Shown: positions 51,801 to 55,435 of the stretch, in pieces
Layout: every line of letters starts with the position of its first letter
Numbering within the stretch: the stretch's first letter is position 1
Source: Gnetum montanum
Taxonomy: Eukaryota; Plantae; Gnetophyta
DNA length: 55,435 nucleotides
Reading direction: 5' to 3'
Assembly: GCA_015680685.1 (NCBI GenBank)
Contig: MNCI01002506.1
Location: 1 to 55,435 of the forward strand
Program-made: the position numbers and the translations under genes
Notes under the pieces: generated by a model
What the model was told of the DNA's origin: nothing
The model's database searches: none
Seen by the model: only the letters and a program-made list of their open reading frames with translations

Positions 51801-52355
51801 TAATTATTAATTATTATTATGTTCTTATGTGGTAGTAAACTCTAGAGTGTAGATCTATCGATAGGCTAGTACTAGCAAAAATGCTTCACAAAAGGATAAA
51901 TTAGTTGAACCTTCTTCCAAGATATAGATTTTAATATTTTTAAATTTAGCTTATTTTTATTGTTAGGATAATGACTTTCTTTTTGTTTTCTTCTTAGAAA
52001 TTTCATATGGATACTTAAGATGCTAGCAACAATTAGTATGAAAAAGGCATAGAGGTAAGTCTATCTATTTGTTAGATTTATATAGTTCCCTTTATCTTGT
52101 ACTTTTGACACTCTATTCCTTGGTATGTATTAGTGGCTCAAAATTTCTTTATTCAAGAAATAGAAAGAGCTAGATTGGATTCCACCCCATATCCTACACC
52201 TAGTCAAACTAGTACTTCATCTTGCAAGTCTTCATGATTGGTATTGACATAGATCAATCCTATCAAAACTATCAATTTCACTAATTTTCTTCATACAATA
52301 AAAGTAATAACTTTTGTTGGCATTGTTTTCATTTCTATGTCATTACCATCAAGAT

Positions 52356-52862
52356 TGTAACATCTTGTCCCTTATTAAGGGTGGAAACAAATTGTAACAA
52401 TGTAATTAACCTTCAAATGAAGGGGCACATCGTTATGAGGAGTTACGATTATTCATGTATCCCTTAGGAAAGGGCTTGACCTATGTCATTTAAGGTTAGG
52501 TTTAGAGGTCATGCTAGGATGGAGTTGCAGAGCTTGAAAAGGCAAGTGACAGGAGCTAGGTGAAGTAGGACAAGAATGGACTAATCATCCCTTTTGCTGG
52601 ATAGCCTAATCATGATGGCAGTGTTGCATTACCTCTAAGGATTAAGTGGCATGGGATAATAACCCAGAGGACGTTATAGTACTCTCTCTTATTAATAAAA
52701 TTCTTTTGTTTTTCTTTTATATTTTCTATAACTAATTATTTATTTACCAATTAATTTGTTTATTAAGTATTTATGATGTTTCCATTATACTATTTAAGAA
52801 AATGATGAATGCGATAAATTAAGCGATCATATTTTTATGAAATTTGGGAATGAGATGTCATA
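52356..52862 (+). repeat. D-type LTR in plus orientation acting as a 5' LTR
   Basis: TGTAACATC...GATGTCATA, closely similar to the reverse complement of solo LTR 32433-32942 and followed by a PBS. Confidence 0.88.
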
Positions 52863-52864
52863 TT

Positions 52865-52876
52865 TGGTATCAAAGC
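52865..52876 (+). promoter_or_regulatory. PBS (tRNA-iMet)
   Basis: TGGTATCAAAGC, 2 nt after the LTR. Confidence 0.85.
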
Positions 52877-53022
52877 AAACCATGATTCAAGAGGCAAAGT
52901 GGAAGAAAATATTTTTTTATTATTATAGGAAACAAAAGTACATTCAAGCAAAGTATATGTAAAGGAAGAATGGGAAAAGAAGCAACACAAGAATGGGAAA
53001 GATGTAAAGAAAACGATAGTGA

Positions 53023-55343
53023 TCATTTGTTGTGATTGAACAAGTCAAGGAGATTTGTGACTATCTTCAATTATGCTTTTATTTCTTCATTAGTGGCATC
53101 TTTATTGCTAAGCACTATCTTACATCTATTTAATTCATCACACAACTGTTTAATGTACTTGGTCACACTTCTTGCTACAGCTACTGATTCCTCCTTTCTC
53201 TTAAGTTGGATCTTTAGCATCAATATCTAAATCAATCGATCATCCATGTCCTTTTGCCATTCCTTCTCTTACCTCTACATCAAAAAAACCAAAATTATGA
53301 GTTATTAACAAAAAGTAAAAAAGGGAAGAGCAAATTATGAGTTATGAACAAAAAGAGAAAAAGGGAAGAGCAAAGACTAAAAATTATTTACTTGAAACTA
53401 ATCATTGTCAATTTGGAGGAACTATTCATGAGTTTCTAGATGATGAGAAAAGCATGTTGCACTCTCCAATTCTCCTAAGAGTTGCTCTATATCTTTGACA
53501 ACATTCAAACTACCCTTGGAAATTGGATGCAAAGATGATGGAACTCTAGCATGTAATAAATCATAGTCTACCTTGAAGTTGTATGACTAAGACTCTAGTA
53601 AGTGGTAGACACCCTCAATTTTTTTATCAAAAATTCCCTAACCAAGACATCAAACAAGCGTAAGTTCTTCTTTGGTAGCTACCATTTTCTATTCCATTGA
53701 ATAAGGAGAACTTGAGATAAAGAAAGAAGGAACCACTGGAATAGACTTAGGAACTAGTGTCAGCACTTCTTGTGAAAAGGAACCTCTTACAAGTGTCACA
53801 AAAAAATAAGGCATGCCTAATGATCTAGATGGAGGAATGGGAGTCTATTCAAAAGTGGCACCTACATTATCTCTATCCATGTCTCAGATAAAGTACTATC
53901 GCTTCATAGACATATACAACACAAAAAAGGATCAACATCATACAAGATACAAGAAAGGAAAAAGGAAAGTATTCAAATTTTCCAATAATTAAAACTTACC
54001 TCTAGTTTCTTTCCTTTATCTTGTCTTGTACTTTGTTTTTGAGTTTGCTATTGGGGTTGTTGTTGGACCTATTGTTGGGCTTGTCATCTTATAATTATTG
54101 GACTGCCAGAACTTTTACCAATACATTGCCTTTGCAAAAAAGAAATTTAGAAAAATAAATAAGAAATTAAATTAAGTTATTATATATATATATATACCTT
54201 GGTAATGGTAAGTGTGATTTTCTCTCGAGGTAGAACTCATCCAAAGGATAAAGCACCTGGAATGAACAAGGTACCTTTAGCAGTCTCAATTTTTGCTCCT
54301 TTAGTTTGTGCACCATGGATCAGTTCATTTTATAGCCTAGATTACACTATCACCTACATAAAAAGATATATGTATGTATGTATGTATGTATATCAATACC
54401 TCACTTCTTTCTTCTTGATTTCTAGCCTGTTACAAAGCTAGTTAATCCCTTCTTGCATCCTCAATCTGACTTTGTATGATTCTATCCTCTTGAAGAAATT
54501 TAGGACATAGTTTGGTATTGTAGAGACTAAAAATTTTAAAGGATTGCAGCTTAGAATTAAACACATTATTAGGGGAATATAACATATAATATAAGGTTTC
54601 TTGGGATTCTATAAGGTCGCAGTCGCTCCATTCATGGCAATGTACAAGGCAAAGAAACAAGATAATGCCTAATCATAAACTTTGCCATTCTTAGCACCAT
54701 GAAGTACAAAAATGGAGTGGGCACTATCATGAGTTTGGTGTTAATGCCATAAGATCTTACTATGGATGAATTGGCACAAATTGAAGTGAATTTCATTAAT
54801 GAAATATTCTTGGAGAAATTGGCTTTTGTAAATAGTAGAATTACTAGCATAATTGAATAGTTCATTTTTATAAAATCAAGGGAAGTAAAGGATCCTCCCC
54901 ATAGTGAAAATCAAAAACTATCCAAATTTTGACTAGAGTAATGGTGAGTGCTCCAAAAACTAATTGTGAAACAGAACTTCTATTTTTATTAGTGGTCACA
55001 CGATTCAACTATAAATTGTTTGTAATATTTTGCATTGAAAATAAGAAAGATAAGTAATTTAGAAAATCTTGAAGTTTTAACATATTGAAACTGCTCCTTT
55101 AAAAGAAAACTACACACAAAATTACAAGTAGTAATGACATTATCTTGATGTGAAAAAATGGACACTAAGTTCAAGCTACCTGAAGGTGCTACAAGACTTG
55201 ACCTTGAGGAGTTGGAAAAGGAGTCTAACACTTTGGGGTCATGATATCAATGGTTGAAATATTTATAGAAATTCTCCAATCTCTAAGAGTAATCCTTTAA
55301 TCTTTTTTTGTGATGGGAAAATACTTATTTTCTTCATGTATTT
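53023..55343 (-). pseudogene. Five-exon TE-type pseudogene: DUF1985/plant-mobile-domain-like N-terminus, Q/P-rich linker, C-terminal coiled coil
   Basis: Exons ~54400-55343, 54198-54353, 54000-54131, 53392-53913 and 53023-53274. The last four are multiples of 3 with phase-0 joins; all four introns have GT donors, two have intact AG and two mutated acceptors. Motifs: LKEQFQYVKTSRFSKLL, GALTITL..IWIVF, KVYDxAL, QQQPQ..DKGKKLE, coiled-coil last exon. Stops are mostly TAA/TAG/TGA from CAA/CAG/CGA. Confidence 0.7.
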
Positions 55344-55435
55344 CTAAAAAAACAAGAAAGAATTTTAGTGGAGAATAGAAGAAGTACCAACTTAAGTTAA
55401 TTAATGAGTTAATAAAGTTAATGCTTACTTTTTAT

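Noticed and set aside
47745-52862. Treating LTRs 47745-48226 and 52356-52862 as the two ends of one element
   Set aside because: They are in opposite orientations, and the right one has its own PBS on its right side.
53292-53375. Two ~40-bp tandem repeats
   Set aside because: Ordinary intronic tandem duplication within the pseudogene.

Overview
Land-plant nuclear DNA: AT-rich, strongly depleted of CG and CHG, with two N gaps. It consists almost entirely of old, nested, decayed retroelements, and I see no intact host gene, RNA gene or CRISPR array. In order: the end of an LTR (family B) inserted in a minus-strand Athila-like Ty3/gypsy (42-3940); a ~1 kb GC/CpG-rich island (4440-5490) with no long ORF that looks like a mosaic of LRR-RLK kinase and PPR-like snippets in both orientations; an RTE LINE. 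Next is a ~33 kb nest whose outer element is a pol-less SIRE-like copia (7329-40266). It contains a gypsy-like element (9053-21802, itself holding a second pol-less SIRE-like element at 9760-16252), an L1 LINE carrying a solo LTR, another solo LTR, and a gag-only Athila-like element (33336-39253). Then come a decayed minus-strand copia (~40790-47165), a decayed minus-strand gypsy (47745-~51800), and an LTR+PBS (52356-52876) followed almost at once by an antisense five-exon pseudogene (53023-55343). The most interesting items are the CpG-rich gene-fragment island (candidate TAS-like/PHAS small-RNA locus) and the intron-containing antisense gene behind the PBS. All family assignments come from manual motif recognition; no database searches were run.
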